Part shown: positions 28,933-40,320 of the stretch, piece by piece
How the letters are laid out: each line of letters begins with the position of its first letter
Position numbering within the stretch: position 1 is the first letter of the stretch
Source of the DNA: Sporopachydermia quercuum
Lineage: Eukaryota
Assembly: GCA_001599295.1 (NCBI GenBank)
Contig: BCGN01000005.1
Location: 1,178,001 to 1,242,000, forward strand
Length of the DNA: 64,000 nucleotides
Direction of reading: 5' to 3'
Program-made: the position numbers and the translations under genes
Notes under the pieces: generated by a model
The model's input: the letters and a program-made list of their open reading frames with translations, nothing else
Told to the model about the DNA's origin: nothing
Databases searched by the model: none

Positions 28933-29454
28933 TTTGTTTCGTTTTTGATATTTGGATTGATAATAATGATGAAATAATGAAAATTACAAATGAACAACTG
29001 TTAAAAATCAACGACTTCAACGGAAATACTTAGCCAGACAACTGTTACTCAAAACAAAAGCGAGTTGCAACTGGAAATAAAAATAAGAAAAAGGCGAACA
29101 ATAAGTATAAACGTAAGTAAAGTAAGGAAGGAAGAGAAAATATATGAAGCTATCTGGAAGAAGTTTGAAAAAGCTATCAATCATCGGTCGATAATATTTA
29201 AATTCCCAAGCCACACAAAACCGTTTACTTTGTTCAAGGTGGAAAATTGTAACCTACTAACTCAAAGTTGATTTCGAGATTAGTGAAATCATATTATAGC
29301 CTTCTCATTGGATTATAAGCATTAGGGCTCACAATAATATTCGAAACCTTAATGTTAAATGAACTGATGTTAAAAATTTTGAGCGGGTAGAGTGCCGGTT
29401 AATGCAGCAGGTGCATCTTATTGCATAATAATGCTCCAACTGAAGGTGGGGGAG

Positions 29455-29471
29455 CGGTCATAGCGGTCATA
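29455..29471. promoter_or_regulatory. Hap1-type Zn2Cys6 direct-repeat site CGGTCATAGCGGTCATA
   Basis: Exact match to CGGnnnTAnCGGnnnTA, about 520 nt upstream of the HEM1 ATG. Confidence 0.55.
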
Positions 29472-30826
29472 GTATTGCCTTTTCAGGGAATAAGATCCTG
29501 AAAGACATTGGTTGCTAGAGTGAGGATTGAAGATTGAGTTAGCCAATGTAGTTAGATACTTCTTTGAGATTATGTATCCAGATATAGGACAGATTACATA
29601 TAGGATGAAAATTGTTGGATGCTAGGGGACATTACAGTAAAAAGTGTTTATGTCATCAAAATATATTGGTCTACAATTGGTTGTTGTTTATGATTGGTGA
29701 GAGGGGATTGTGAAACATACATGTATTAATTCTTGATATCAAGGGTTTGTATGGAGATAGGATGTACGGATTGAGTATATATTTCTTACTGTGAAACATA
29801 GTTTGCTCTCATTGATTCAGTAAGAACAATTTCAATTTGTTTATGGGGTCGAAGAGCTGAATTAGAATCCTGGACATTCTGCCAAACGAGAGAGGGTAGA
29901 ACATTTGCTCCTGCCGTTGGGAAGGAATAGCCACTAATCCTTGTTCTTCGTTGAAGTTGGTTTCACATCTAACGGACTGGCTGGTACTGGTAGTTGGTCT
30001 CAAGATACATCGTTATCTGTCCAATAGTGATCGATAGAAGAAGAGAAGCATTTCATTGAGGAAATTATCCGATCGGACAAGAGTATGTTCAACCATATTT
30101 GGAAATAATGCGGAGTGGAGTATCGATAGCAAAAGTAGTAAATACATCTGCCAACTAGCTAACTAGTCAAGATTTGTTCGCATGTTAGTTAGGCAACAAA
30201 AATGTAGTTCAGGGATATTACTGAAATTTGACACTTATCCGACGACATCTGTGCGATACTGAGATAAATAGCTTATATAATGTATGTAGCATCATGTGCT
30301 ATAACAGAGTCATACATAACTATGCGTCATTCAGTTTGCTTCAAGGCCATCGATCACAGCATTGTAGAAGGCATGGCGTGTTAATTAATTTCTTGATTTT
30401 TATAGAAAACTTGTAAAGTAGGGAATATTTAATTTTTTGGTTTTGATTGAAATCGAAACCAAACGTTTAGAATAAAATGGTTGAACAGAACTTATAGTTA
30501 TAATTTTGCTTCAATATGAATACATATGTTGCTGAATATTCCATGGCAATCAAAAATTGCAATCTGTATATGTAATGAAATCAAATACTTACGCTTAACT
30601 GCAGAACAGTGCATATCAATGGACTTTATTGATTATTGTAAGGGAAGTTTGTTAGGGATATTTGTAGAATGTATGTCACAAATCAATCATTGAAATAAAT
30701 ATCAGCCAAGCAATAATCAATCTACGTCCCAGAGGCAACTCATGTTAAGTTCCAAATGTATTTTATACCATCATATTGATTTATATACAGAGTATTATGT
30801 GGTAAACCTAGACACCCATATTACTA

Positions 30827-31387
30827 TCAATTAACTTTTAGTTCAGAAATTCTCAGAACAGTACTGGGAAGCTTAGCGCGAACTCTTCTTGCTCTTCGAC
30901 ATCTTCTCTTCTTGATGACCTTGGTTTCCATTGGCCTCATAGTCTTCTCAATAATACATGCTTTGACAGTAACCAAAGATGGATCAATCCCGCTCTTGTT
31001 ATTATAGGTGAAATCTCTTGACCCAATCGTTGTGACATTATCGAAAACCATATAATCCCCAACTTCCGCGTCTTTCACCTTAAAAGGTAGTCTAACAATA
31101 TCACCCTTCGTTACTAGATATGCTCTTTCGTGAATTCTGATGACTGCGTAAAGTCCGGAAGCGGAATTCAACTTGATTGGTGTCAAATCTTGTACTTCTG
31201 CTTTATTTTCTGTATTTTCAACTGCTTCTGTACTCATCTGTATAGGACTTGTGCTGAAACATTTCCACTTAGGATTTGAAATTAATGCTGGAGAGAGAAA
31301 CACTGACCTCTCCGCAGCAGTCCTAAATATTGGTAATGCCCCGCTTGTAATCCGAGGCATCATTCTTAATGCCTGTCTAAAACTCAT
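30827..31387 (-). CDS. MRPL49: Mitochondrial ribosomal protein bL21m
   Basis: Presequence MSFRQALR...; L21 motifs LYAVIRIHERAYLVTKGD, IGSRDFT, KKRRCRR and TVLRISELK. Confidence 0.9.
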   Translation of the reverse strand: MSFRQALRMMPRITSGALPIFRTAAERSVFLSPALISNPKWKCFSTSPIQMSTEAVENTENKAEVQDLTPIKLNSASGLYAVIRIHERAYLVTKGDIVRLPFKVKDAEVGDYMVFDNVTTIGSRDFTYNNKSGIDPSLVTVKACIIEKTMRPMETKVIKKRRCRRARRVRAKLPSTVLRISELKVN

Positions 31388-32103
31388 GGTTGAATCTCCA
31401 GTGAATGATTTCTGACAAAAACGCTTTATAATACGTTGATTGTAATATGGTCTATCAACAGATATTTCACCTACTTCACAATGGAGATTCAATGATTATT
31501 CCAATTTCAAACGAGGAAGTCCAGAATCAAATCCCAAAATTGCGACTCCACCACCTCTGATCTCTGTATTCTTCTTCGCGAATGCTCAACTTCCATAAAT
31601 CCTTTATCTTGTGAGGCATAAATAAATTTAATCTGAACCATTCATATCTTTTACTGTTCAACAACTTATTAATCCAGATTCCGTTTCCTTTACAAAATTA
31701 TCATTCACTTCCCACTCTAAAACTTACCCGGATTATATACAACATCATGTCTCAAGAAGCCTCTGCAGAGGAACAACACTCAATAGGTGCAATGCATGCT
31801 GAAATATACAACAGACGTATATTAGAACATTGAAATATATGTATTCTTCTTAGTAGGCAGGGTGATTGGTTATTCTTGCCAGAATGCTGGAAGGTCATGA
31901 CTATCTCTATTCAAGGCAAATGGAAGCAATTCAAGAATGACTGGAGATAGACAGATAGAAAATTATCAAGGTGTAAATTATCAACAGCTTAGATTATTAT
32001 TCCGTAGAAGAACAAGCTTTTTCCTGTTGAAGAGATTGAATCTTGTTTCTATTCAGCTGATCATACCTGATCTCTAGCTGAGGCGTCTATTCAATTGAAT
32101 ACA

Positions 32104-32826
32104 ATGGCTACCACTGGTATTGATAAGAAGGTCGAGAAGGTCGCAAGCGATGATCTAAGTACTAAACAATCCAACAAGCCCGCCGATGAGTTGTCGGACA
32201 TCGAGTCATACTTGTTTTATTATAATAGTATATCAGGAGGAGGATGGTTTTACGTTCTTGTTATGACTATTTACTGTGTCATTGATAACGGCCCTAAAGA
32301 TGTATTTGAAACTGCTGGTGAGTTCTGCAAATGGGTTCAGACTTTGGCAAGCTTAGAAATCTGGCACTCTCTTTTTGGATTGGTTAGATCTCCTGTTTCT
32401 ACTACTACAATTCAAATCAGCTCTAGAATACTGGTTGTCTGGGGAATCTTTTATTATCTACCAGAAGCTGAAGTCTTACGTTCTTGGTGGATCGTTTCTT
32501 TATTTGTCTCCTGGAGTGTGACAGAGACGATTCGTTACTTCTATTATGCCACCAACATTAGAACTCGCATCGGCATTATCATTCCTGGATGGCTGACTTG
32601 GTTAAGATATAACACATTTTTCATCTTGTATCCAACAGGAATTTCAAGTGAAGTTGCCATCATTTATGGTTCATTGGGAATTGCTGAAAAGGAAATGGGA
32701 GTCTACTACGCTTTATTCCTCAAAGCTGTCTTGGTAATTTACATTCCAGGCAGCTACATTATGTATACTCATATGATGAAGCAAAGAAAAAGAATTCTTA
32801 AGAAAGAAGGTAAAAAGAAGATATAA
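32104..32826 (+). CDS. PHS1: Very-long-chain 3-hydroxyacyl-CoA dehydratase
   Basis: PTPLA family motifs QTLASLEIWH, QISSR, WSVTETIRY and WLRYNTFFILYPTGISSE; C-terminal KKKI ER-retrieval signal. Confidence 0.95.
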   Translation: MATTGIDKKVEKVASDDLSTKQSNKPADELSDIESYLFYYNSISGGGWFYVLVMTIYCVIDNGPKDVFETAGEFCKWVQTLASLEIWHSLFGLVRSPVSTTTIQISSRILVVWGIFYYLPEAEVLRSWWIVSLFVSWSVTETIRYFYYATNIRTRIGIIIPGWLTWLRYNTFFILYPTGISSEVAIIYGSLGIAEKEMGVYYALFLKAVLVIYIPGSYIMYTHMMKQRKRILKKEGKKKI

Positions 32827-32915
32827 ATAATGTGATGAATGATATATTATTGTTTAATGGTATTTTAATTATTCTGTAAAGACCTAAAAAAGCTAAAATT
32901 TGTCACAATATTGGT

Positions 32916-33404
32916 TTAAGCTGATGGCTGGGGTAATAAACCTGTCACCGTCATAAAACTCATCATCACCTGAGGACAAAGTCTGCATATGCTTCTTAAT
33001 GTGACAATAATTTCTCTCTCCAAGGCTTCTTCCAGCACCACTTCCGAATTGATCTCATCACATTTTACCAACTCTTTCCTGATACTTTCAGTCTCTAAAA
33101 GCATGTCCCACAAATTGACCAGACTTCCCGGTAATCCTACAAGTTCCTTGTATCGAACAGTTATTTTGCTTTCTAGTGCTTTATCAACAATATCTTTCAA
33201 TTCCATTTCTTCCATTTGCCCTCTTGATAGAGCTTCCGACATATCCGTTTCCAACATTCGCTTCAACAATGACTCAATCTCCTCTTGAGAGAGCAACGGT
33301 CGAGGTGGTCTTTTATCTACTGCTAACTTTGTTTCATCTGCTTTATATTCGTCATACGAATCATCTGACTTTAGAAACTCATCTAGTGCTAGGAACACAC
33401 TCAT
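32916..33404 (-). CDS. Hypothetical acidic, probably helical protein (about 162 aa)
   Basis: The stop-free ORF fills a gap between genes and has a protein-like E/L/K-rich composition from aagATG 33404. No family recognised. Confidence 0.5.
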   Translation of the reverse strand: MSVFLALDEFLKSDDSYDEYKADETKLAVDKRPPRPLLSQEEIESLLKRMLETDMSEALSRGQMEEMELKDIVDKALESKITVRYKELVGLPGSLVNLWDMLLETESIRKELVKCDEINSEVVLEEALEREIIVTLRSICRLCPQVMMSFMTVTGLLPQPSA

Positions 33405-34134
33405 CTTTGACGATTTCGTTATATATATGGTATAATAAGACCTCAGAAAAATATCCTGAAAAAATGTTAACTCTCTATTCACTGTCAGCTTTCTAATAAA
33501 ATACATATACTGAACAGGCGGCAATAATGAATTTCCAGTCGATTGCTCTATCGTTTTATCATCAACCAGATAAGCCGGACAACCAGAAATGTCTCTACCA
33601 CAGAAAAGCGTATTATAAACTTATAAACATAAATCCCAAACAAATACAGTCTCCTGACGGCCCCCAGGAATATACAGTAGATGACATAATCATAAATAGC
33701 CTACATTGAGTCAATCGATATTGGTTATTATATACTTGAGAATACTTAAATTACGTTCAACTACGACCGAAACCAATAGATTTAATATATGCAAAAATGA
33801 ATTCGTAAATCAGAAGAAAGTTGTGCTGGAAAATATCTAAACTAACACCAATAAAACATCATAAATAAGTGGTCATTCTCAATAGTCGACACAGTGATGG
33901 AAAAAATTAGTAAATACAAAAAGATGCTACTATGAAAACAAGGAATGAAAGATGAATAATTCCAAAATAAGAATGAAAATGAGAATGACTTGTCTTATAT
34001 TGTAAGTGAGACATGAATAACAAAAATTGAAAGAGCAAGAACAGTAGATTGTACATTTAGTTGAGGTTAAATAGTTAGTTCATGGTAAACCAGTGAAATA
34101 TTTAACAGAGTGAGTTGAAACAGTAGTTTCACAA

Positions 34135-37100
34135 TCAATGTTTTTCCCTTTCTTTTTCCTTCAGAATTTTTGCTGTCTCAATCAGATTTCTTTGTTCATC
34201 ATCGTCCCAGCTCATATCACCTTTACTTGTGGTCCTTCTTAAACCATAAGCAGCATCATCATCATCTATATCATCATCGGAATCAGAATCCTCTATTGAC
34301 CTCGCACTCAATGATTCAGCACTGCCAAGACTTGCATATTCTCCAGGAACATAATAAGATCTATTCCTTTCATAAGATTGCCCATCATCATTAGGATCTG
34401 CATAATCATCGTCATCTTCATCATCGTCAAGAATATGTCGGCTTCTCCCACCCGATGCAGCAGGCACATTACCTCTATTTGCTTGGAGTCTGTTATGCTC
34501 ATTTTTCCACATCAGCAACTCTTCATCTTCTTCATCCTCATCAGAAGAAGAAGAGAATTTGTCAGGATAATCATTTGACATTTGTTGGGATAGATAACTC
34601 GAGAAACTACCACCTTGTCCTTGTTCTTGTCTTTGCGATTGGGTCTTACCTCCATCAGTTGGGGCAACTTTGGATTTATCTACTTGCAAATGGGTTCTTC
34701 CTTCACCATCACCGTGATAATTGTCGTCTTCTTCGTCACCATAAGATCTACTATCATGATAACTATCTAAGTTATCAGTTCCACTTTGCAACGGGTGATG
34801 AGTCTGAATTTCAATTACATCGCCATCACCTTCTTCATCATCGTCATCAACATCATCACTTCTTGATGAATAGTTCGTGCCAGTCGTGCTACTATTACCA
34901 GTGCCACCAGTTCTAATACTGTCATCTTCAGATGAAGCAACTTCATCATACATTTCATTGTTTTCATCCTCTTCAATATCTTCATCTTCACCTTCTTCAC
35001 GAACAGCTCCTAGAATAGCATTATATTTCTCTCTTGTTTCCACTAATGTATCGTTGACGTAGTTGGTCCATTCAGCGCTACTAGCCATTTCATAAACAAT
35101 ATCAGAAACACTTTCAGGAGGGAATAATGATGTGAATTTCACAACTTCCTCCGCTATTAAAGTCAAATGGCCCATATAACCTAATCTGAGATTGGTTAGT
35201 TCTTCATACGACTCACAACGCTCTTGACCCTCCACAATCAGCTCAGTGATACGACCACGGTTGAATAAATCAATGGCCAGGTATTTATTATACCCTGCTT
35301 CCATGGGTCCGTTAAGAATCTGTTGAACAATGTCAAATACAACGTTATGCAGGAAGTTATTCCAAGGGAACCTGAAAAACATTCGCAGAATAGTTATAAT
35401 CACATCATTATCTGCCAGAGCAATCTTTAGTTTATCACCAACCACAGGATCATTGCGGAAAGTTAATTCTGTTTCATCATGGTATAGTTGGCCTATTGGT
35501 TCTTCATCATAATCAGCTGCAGCACCAGCATTGGTCTTTTCATCATTTTCATTGGAATCGTCTTCCGTATTAGAGGAAGATTCCAATGTGGATGCTGTGG
35601 CATCTTTCCTTTCAGATAAAGAAAGACCTTTACTTCCAGTCGTTGAATCAACGTCCATGTTAACGTCTTCATCGACTTCTGATTCGTTTCCTAATCGACT
35701 AGCATCCTCAAGACTCAATTTTGTAAGATCTTTTGATAGATGTTCAGAGTCCTTTTTCACTATTTCACCAGTTCCAGATTCACCACTTACTTTGTTTTTA
35801 GAGTTTTTATTGGTCGTATTAGTTGTATTATTACTGCTCACGTCGTCTAGAGTGTCATCATCGTCATCAATATCACCATCATTACCATCATCATTACGTG
35901 CATCAGTTCTTGTCTGTTGTTCATTTATGCTTCCGCTTGTTTGGGATTCTAAATCATTATCTTCGTCATCCTCATAACCCTCTAAGTCCCGTTTAGCTAA
36001 TTTCATTAATCGTATTCTTTCAACGTCTCGTTCATGCACTATGCTTTCCCCATTCTCATCATTGAGAAGTCCCATATTACTACAGTGCAACAGTTCGGCT
36101 ATCAATTCACATATTTTGAATCTTTCAAAGCCTAGTGGCTCGATAGATCCAAAAGGTGTTTCTAACACTTTGTCTCGCTTCCTTGTAAGCATTTTCTGGA
36201 AATTAGGAATATTTGCGGCAAATATTTTCACCAATGTACCTAAATAAATAGGGTCTCTTGGAGAAGGAGGATGTGATTCAATTGTAATGAACAACACTGG
36301 AATATAGTCATAGTCTGAATTATTCTTTCGGATGATTTCAATGACAATTCCCACTCCATGGGCTAATCCTTGACCTCCGTACAACATCAATCTCACTAAT
36401 TCTCTAACTATAGGTTCAGAAACAAGTTCACGGGTCAACTCATTGGGACCAATAGTGTTGTTATCGTTATTAGAATTTGCAGAAATCGTAATGAACGCTT
36501 TCAGAAAATCTCCTGCTGCTGATTGTAAAGATGAAGGAACATCAGGACCGAGGAATGATATTAATGAAGGAATTAAATCTTGCTCTTGCAACAGTTCAAC
36601 CACTCCAGTTGAATTGTCAGGTTTGTCTGTAGAAATGAGTTTCAACAAAAAATCCATCAAAGGAGGATTATCAATATGTTTCATGAACCTAGATACAAAG
36701 TTCTTTTGCTTTCTGAAAAACGTTACCAACTCTTCAAGTTTGATTTCAAGTAAATGTTCATTTATTTTCATAAAGTATTTTGCAGAAGTGATTGGTAAAG
36801 GTGCTGGTTGATCTAAAATTGTCCATAACTCTTCCAGAAACTCTTCATGTTCCATAAAAACATCTGTTAATGACCAAATTTCTGCTGAGAGAATCTCAGC
36901 AGCCACTTCCGCTCGTCGTTGTTGCTTTTCAGCGTGACCTTCTTCATCATCATAATCAACTTCTTCTACATCTCCAAAACTGTCACTATGCAAATCATTT
37001 CGGTTGAGACTCAAACTATGAGTATCGTTGTGGTTATGTATATCGCCAGGTTCTTCATCGTTCCAGCCATGTTCGTAATGTTGTCTATTTTCTTCAAGTA

Positions 37101-37425
37101 AGTTTTCATCACTATCTTCCTTCCTTGTATCATCATTGCTTTTCCCAGACTCAACTGCTTCCGTATCATTATCATCACGCCGGTGAGTTGAAGTATTATC
37201 ATTGCTAGTATCTGGTCTATTGCAATTCACTACTAGATCGACCAACTGCTGAAGAATTTCCGGCTGACGTAGATACTCCACCAATGCCGAATTCGATGAC
37301 ATAAGCTCTTGCAACATATCAGGTTCATCCAGTATTTCTTCTAGGTTGTGATCAGGTCTTTCTAGTATCTTGTTTACCGCACTGACAGCGGAAAATCCGT
37401 TGCCAAATCTCCAAAAGGCTGACAT
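34135..37425 (-). CDS. SIT4 phosphatase-associated protein (SAP185/SAP190 family)
   Basis: MSAFWRFG start, MDFLLKLISTDKPD, IGPNELTRELVS, IIRKNNSDYD, EPLGFERFKICELIAELLHCSNM, FPWNNFLHNVVFD and RLGYMGHLTLIAEE. Confidence 0.95.
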   Translation of the reverse strand: MSAFWRFGNGFSAVSAVNKILERPDHNLEEILDEPDMLQELMSSNSALVEYLRQPEILQQLVDLVVNCNRPDTSNDNTSTHRRDDNDTEAVESGKSNDDTRKEDSDENLLEENRQHYEHGWNDEEPGDIHNHNDTHSLSLNRNDLHSDSFGDVEEVDYDDEEGHAEKQQRRAEVAAEILSAEIWSLTDVFMEHEEFLEELWTILDQPAPLPITSAKYFMKINEHLLEIKLEELVTFFRKQKNFVSRFMKHIDNPPLMDFLLKLISTDKPDNSTGVVELLQEQDLIPSLISFLGPDVPSSLQSAAGDFLKAFITISANSNNDNNTIGPNELTRELVSEPIVRELVRLMLYGGQGLAHGVGIVIEIIRKNNSDYDYIPVLFITIESHPPSPRDPIYLGTLVKIFAANIPNFQKMLTRKRDKVLETPFGSIEPLGFERFKICELIAELLHCSNMGLLNDENGESIVHERDVERIRLMKLAKRDLEGYEDDEDNDLESQTSGSINEQQTRTDARNDDGNDGDIDDDDDTLDDVSSNNTTNTTNKNSKNKVSGESGTGEIVKKDSEHLSKDLTKLSLEDASRLGNESEVDEDVNMDVDSTTGSKGLSLSERKDATASTLESSSNTEDDSNENDEKTNAGAAADYDEEPIGQLYHDETELTFRNDPVVGDKLKIALADNDVIITILRMFFRFPWNNFLHNVVFDIVQQILNGPMEAGYNKYLAIDLFNRGRITELIVEGQERCESYEELTNLRLGYMGHLTLIAEEVVKFTSLFPPESVSDIVYEMASSAEWTNYVNDTLVETREKYNAILGAVREEGEDEDIEEDENNEMYDEVASSEDDSIRTGGTGNSSTTGTNYSSRSDDVDDDDEEGDGDVIEIQTHHPLQSGTDNLDSYHDSRSYGDEEDDNYHGDGEGRTHLQVDKSKVAPTDGGKTQSQRQEQGQGGSFSSYLSQQMSNDYPDKFSSSSDEDEEDEELLMWKNEHNRLQANRGNVPAASGGRSRHILDDDEDDDDYADPNDDGQSYERNRSYYVPGEYASLGSAESLSARSIEDSDSDDDIDDDDAAYGLRRTTSKGDMSWDDDEQRNLIETAKILKEKEREKH

Positions 37426-38441
37426 GATGATCAAACACTTCTAACAAATTGATTGTGAATACGAATCAACCTTAAACAAACCAAATTAATTGACCGTCAC
37501 TTGATTCTCTTCCTAGCTTCCACCTTGCAAAAAGGTCTTAAGAGTAAATGATTCTTTATCTCTTTTATTGAGAAATTCAATTAATCCATGAATGGGCAAG
37601 CCAACTCAACTAATCTTAAGTCTACTTACAATTGCTCACTTCCTACAAAGAAAAAGCTTCCCAAACACACTTCTAATTATCTCGGCTTTACCAGTTAATA
37701 CAAATAAAAAATAATCCATATATACTTTACTGTTGAGATACCACTAAAGATTATTTCTAACAAGTTATAATCTCTATTTCCATTGCCCAATCCATAGAAT
37801 TATGGCAATCATTGGCTTGGTCATTTTGTTGTTACTGTTTCGTTCTTGTTCAATAAACAGTCCAATGCCTTTCCTTGCTCTGTACAATGTACAACCAGGG
37901 TAACACAACACAGTAATTCTAATTTGTGGCAGGCTGTTTGGTATGAGTGTTTGTGTGTAAAAATGTTTGTGGTTGGAAAAAAGAGGAAATCTAAAAATCG
38001 TCTCAAACGTTACATGTGCAACTTAAAGTAGTACATGTCACATGTAGGATGAAATATTTATGGATCAATGGGATTGAGAATGGGGGTTCCTAGTAATTTT
38101 ACGAGTAAATAGGAGAGTAAATTCATGGAAGATGAGGTACTTGAGGAGGAGAGAAAATACTAATAAAATACTAGAAGCATAACTTGTTTCGGACTTGAAA
38201 ATAGATAGAATGATGCGTAGAAACTGACAATCGAATGGCCATTATATAAGGGAGTGGAACTCAATGGTGATGTGATGCTCTAGTAATGTGCGGTAAGGGG
38301 ATTGAAAAGAGCTCCTGTTGATCACATTCGTTAATTATTTTAAAATATCTCAATGGGATAAGCATATATGTGTGACACTATATATTCGATTTTAGGATAA
38401 ATTTCAATACTAGGACATGCTCTTTGAAGATGTTCTTGTTG

Positions 38442-38655
38442 TCATTCGATTGACGAATGAGTGGTCTGCCAGATCAATTATCATGCAATCTTCAATAACG
38501 TTGATGCATGATAGTCATCGAGTGCAGATATGTGCGTCAAATGAAAAACGTAAATTAGGAACTAATGTTGATCAGAGTATCATGTGATATATCCATTGCA
38601 ACAAGTGACAATCACACTGCCTACCAGCAATCGCATAGCAATGATCTTGACAATC
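38442..38655 (+). ncRNA. Candidate structured ncRNA, possibly a box H/ACA snoRNA
   Basis: Long hairpin (TTGACG/CGTCAA, GTCTGC/GCAGAT, ATTATCATGCA/TGCATGATAGT), ANANNA (AAATGA, 38539-38544), second hairpin, then ACA at 38650 lying 14 nt after its upper stem. Confidence 0.35.
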
Positions 38656-38874
38656 TATTCTAGAGACCAGCCCAAAACGGTATTTATCACTACTTGATGA
38701 GTAGCTCATCGCTCCCCTGTGTCTATCAATTTTAACTACTTCCGCGAAAGAAAAATCCAACACCAATTAGCAGATAAAACCTCTCCATCTACAAGTGTTC
38801 CTTTTGCCATTAAATGTATAAAATTTCAATTGCAATTTATGTACAGAACGTTTTCAAAAGAAATCTATATACTA

Positions 38875-40320
38875 TCATTCAGTCTTTCTTTGGAGATAGC
38901 TACCATACTCTGGTGTAGCACCAGGAACGTATTCATAATGCAAGAGGCAAGAGTCATATAATTGTTTGGGATTTCCATTTCCACTAACGAAATAACGATT
39001 TTCAACCATAGCTGGAAGTCTCTCTTCGATCTCACTTTCAGTGAGACCGTCACTTGATCTATAGCCTTGAAGGGCATCAATTGAGATGAAATATTGTAAA
39101 ATAGCAGCAACCTCCTCTTTATTTAGTCTTGAAATGACATACCGTTCAAACCCTCCATTTGCTAATAACCTAGTAGCTAGTTTGGTGTCAAATTCTTTTG
39201 CCGTAGTATATGGTTGTGCATTGGAAGTTTCACCAAAACCAACTTTAAGTGTTTCAGATTTCTTTGATAATGAAGTAGTACCTAATATCACAGCACCTCT
39301 TTTGAAACTAAGTTCACCACTAACAAATCTCAGAAACCTATTGATTATGTGCATCCGATCATGATAAACTGATTTATTTTCAAAACTTCGATAAGCAGTA
39401 TGTTGGTAAGGAACCAATTCAGAGAATTTGTCACATGTCCATAACACAGGGGTATCTACTTCAGCCAACATTTTCAGAAAGGTGTCAAATCCTTCTGACT
39501 TATCCTTTGACTTGATTGCTTGCCTCAAAACATCGTATAAATTTTGGGGATCGGATTTCCTAGATTCTTTACCTGCAATTACTGGGACAGGAGTGTTTTG
39601 CAGCACATCTTTATTTGCAACCAAAACCTTTGACATGAACTTTTTCAGTTCAGTCTGTTGAACATAAAGTCCGTCATATTCATCTTTGAAGAATTCTGCC
39701 TTATCGAACAATGGCTTAGACTTGAAAACGAAGTTGGAGGTACCATCAAGAAACTTAGTAAGATTCGAGAAATTCATCACTATGAAGTTTTTCTGCAAAG
39801 CAAGGGCATGTGCCTGAGCTATTGCTTCTGATTTACCAATTCCAGCTTCTCCATCAATGACTAATCTCATCTTACTTGAATCTGTTTGAGATGCCTTTTC
39901 TAGGAACTCCGCCAATTTTCCTGTAACACTTTCCCTAAACAAAGTAGTACCTCCATTACACAATTCCTTACGTTGATAATACTTTAAACTACCTAAACGT
40001 AGTAGACTGATATCTATCTTCGGATCGAATCTCACAACTTTTCCTGCCAATCTTTCGCTGTTTTCTCCAAAAGTAGGTAATTGAACAGAAATGTTGTTAT
40101 CTGAACCCAATTTGTTTTCCGACACTGTATCTATCCAGTTTTGCTTGAAAAAATGTGAAGGTCCACCTCTTCCACTTTTCTTCTTGGCCTTTTTATCTTG
40201 CCTGGGAGCTGCTTGGCTGATGCGTGATGCTGAAACTGCAACCGTCGCTGTGCTATGCACACTGCGACTGATAACAGTAACTCCTCTTCCAAAAGCTTTG
40301 ATTTCAATATGACTCAACAT
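38875..40320 (-). CDS. RSM23: Mitochondrial small-subunit ribosomal protein mS29 / DAP3
   Basis: Presequence; P-loop GEAGIGKS; YVQ; TAYRS; C-terminal YFVSGNGNP typical of the DAP3 family. Confidence 0.88.
   Translation of the reverse strand: MLSHIEIKAFGRGVTVISRSVHSTATVAVSASRISQAAPRQDKKAKKKSGRGGPSHFFKQNWIDTVSENKLGSDNNISVQLPTFGENSERLAGKVVRFDPKIDISLLRLGSLKYYQRKELCNGGTTLFRESVTGKLAEFLEKASQTDSSKMRLVIDGEAGIGKSEAIAQAHALALQKNFIVMNFSNLTKFLDGTSNFVFKSKPLFDKAEFFKDEYDGLYVQQTELKKFMSKVLVANKDVLQNTPVPVIAGKESRKSDPQNLYDVLRQAIKSKDKSEGFDTFLKMLAEVDTPVLWTCDKFSELVPYQHTAYRSFENKSVYHDRMHIINRFLRFVSGELSFKRGAVILGTTSLSKKSETLKVGFGETSNAQPYTTAKEFDTKLATRLLANGGFERYVISRLNKEEVAAILQYFISIDALQGYRSSDGLTESEIEERLPAMVENRYFVSGNGNPKQLYDSCLLHYEYVPGATPEYGSYLQRKTE

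Noticed and set aside
34170..37202. Numerous antisense or out-of-frame ORFs within large genes (also in JJJ1, SQS1, PMS1 and UBR1)
   Set aside because: Shadow ORFs produced by D/E/N-rich codon runs on the coding strand.
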